A DNA stretch of 64,000 nucleotides, taken from Gammaproteobacteria bacterium. GTDB taxonomy: Bacteria; Pseudomonadota; Gammaproteobacteria; Eutrophobiales; Eutrophobiaceae. The stretch lies in NCBI GenBank assembly GCA_016193395.1, contig JACPSH010000004.1:6549-70548 (forward strand). Direction: 5' to 3'. Both the position numbers and the translations under genes were made by a program. The notes beneath the pieces are model-generated. The model worked only from the letters and a program-made list of their open reading frames with translations. It was not told the DNA's origin and ran no database searches. The number at the start of each line of letters is the position of its first letter. The stretch's first letter is position 1. Positions 63,971-64,000 of the stretch are shown piece after piece.

Positions 63971-64000
63971 CTTTGCGCTCCCGTGAAAATCCGTCGGTGG

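Overview
This is a GC-rich, densely coding proteobacterial chromosome segment, most likely gammaproteobacterial judging by gene order. It has no rRNA and one tRNA-Lys(UUU). All protein calls come from motif and family recognition by eye, because no database search was possible. The left third (1-21 kb) looks accessory and oxidative-catabolic. It carries a three-subunit molybdenum hydroxylase plus a MoaD/ThiS-like protein, a carotenoid-oxygenase-family dioxygenase, an SDR and two paralogous aldehyde dehydrogenases. It also carries a VOC protein, a TcuA-like flavoprotein, a cupin and a GbsR-type regulator. A p-cresol-methylhydroxylase-type flavocytochrome (flavoprotein plus cytochrome c subunit) is preceded by a translationally coupled Tat-signal protein. 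An esterase and an ICMT-type methyltransferase complete the region, which also contains a small gene-decay patch at 5.3-6.1 kb. The remainder is core housekeeping in conserved order: pfk, bepA, soxYZ, CPBP protease, an RR-PAS-GAF-GGDEF-EAL protein, DUF885, FmdB, cytochrome c-FTR1 permease and aspS. These are followed by nrtR-nadA, yebC-ruvCAB, ybgC-tolQRAB-pal-cpoB, queEC, mltF, murU, kdsDC-lptCAB-rpoN-hpf-rapZ-npr-ptsP and DUF2782. I found no transposase, integrase, CRISPR array or recognisable defence or toxin module. The unusual content is non-coding: the intergenic spacers of the housekeeping operons carry several families of structured repeats. (a) A 156-nt multi-hairpin module is present twice (tolB-pal spacer and downstream of ptsP), with compensatory stem substitutions, and the second copy sits in a 380-bp run of about 12 different hairpins. 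(b) Some hairpins and arrays have arms built from tandem 7-nt units, and these bracket an alpha/beta-hydrolase gene and the tolR cistron. (c) A 53-bp unit occurs as a tandem after aspS and once inverted between ruvA and ruvB. (d) A REP-like ATTCCGG...CCGGAAT family is also present.
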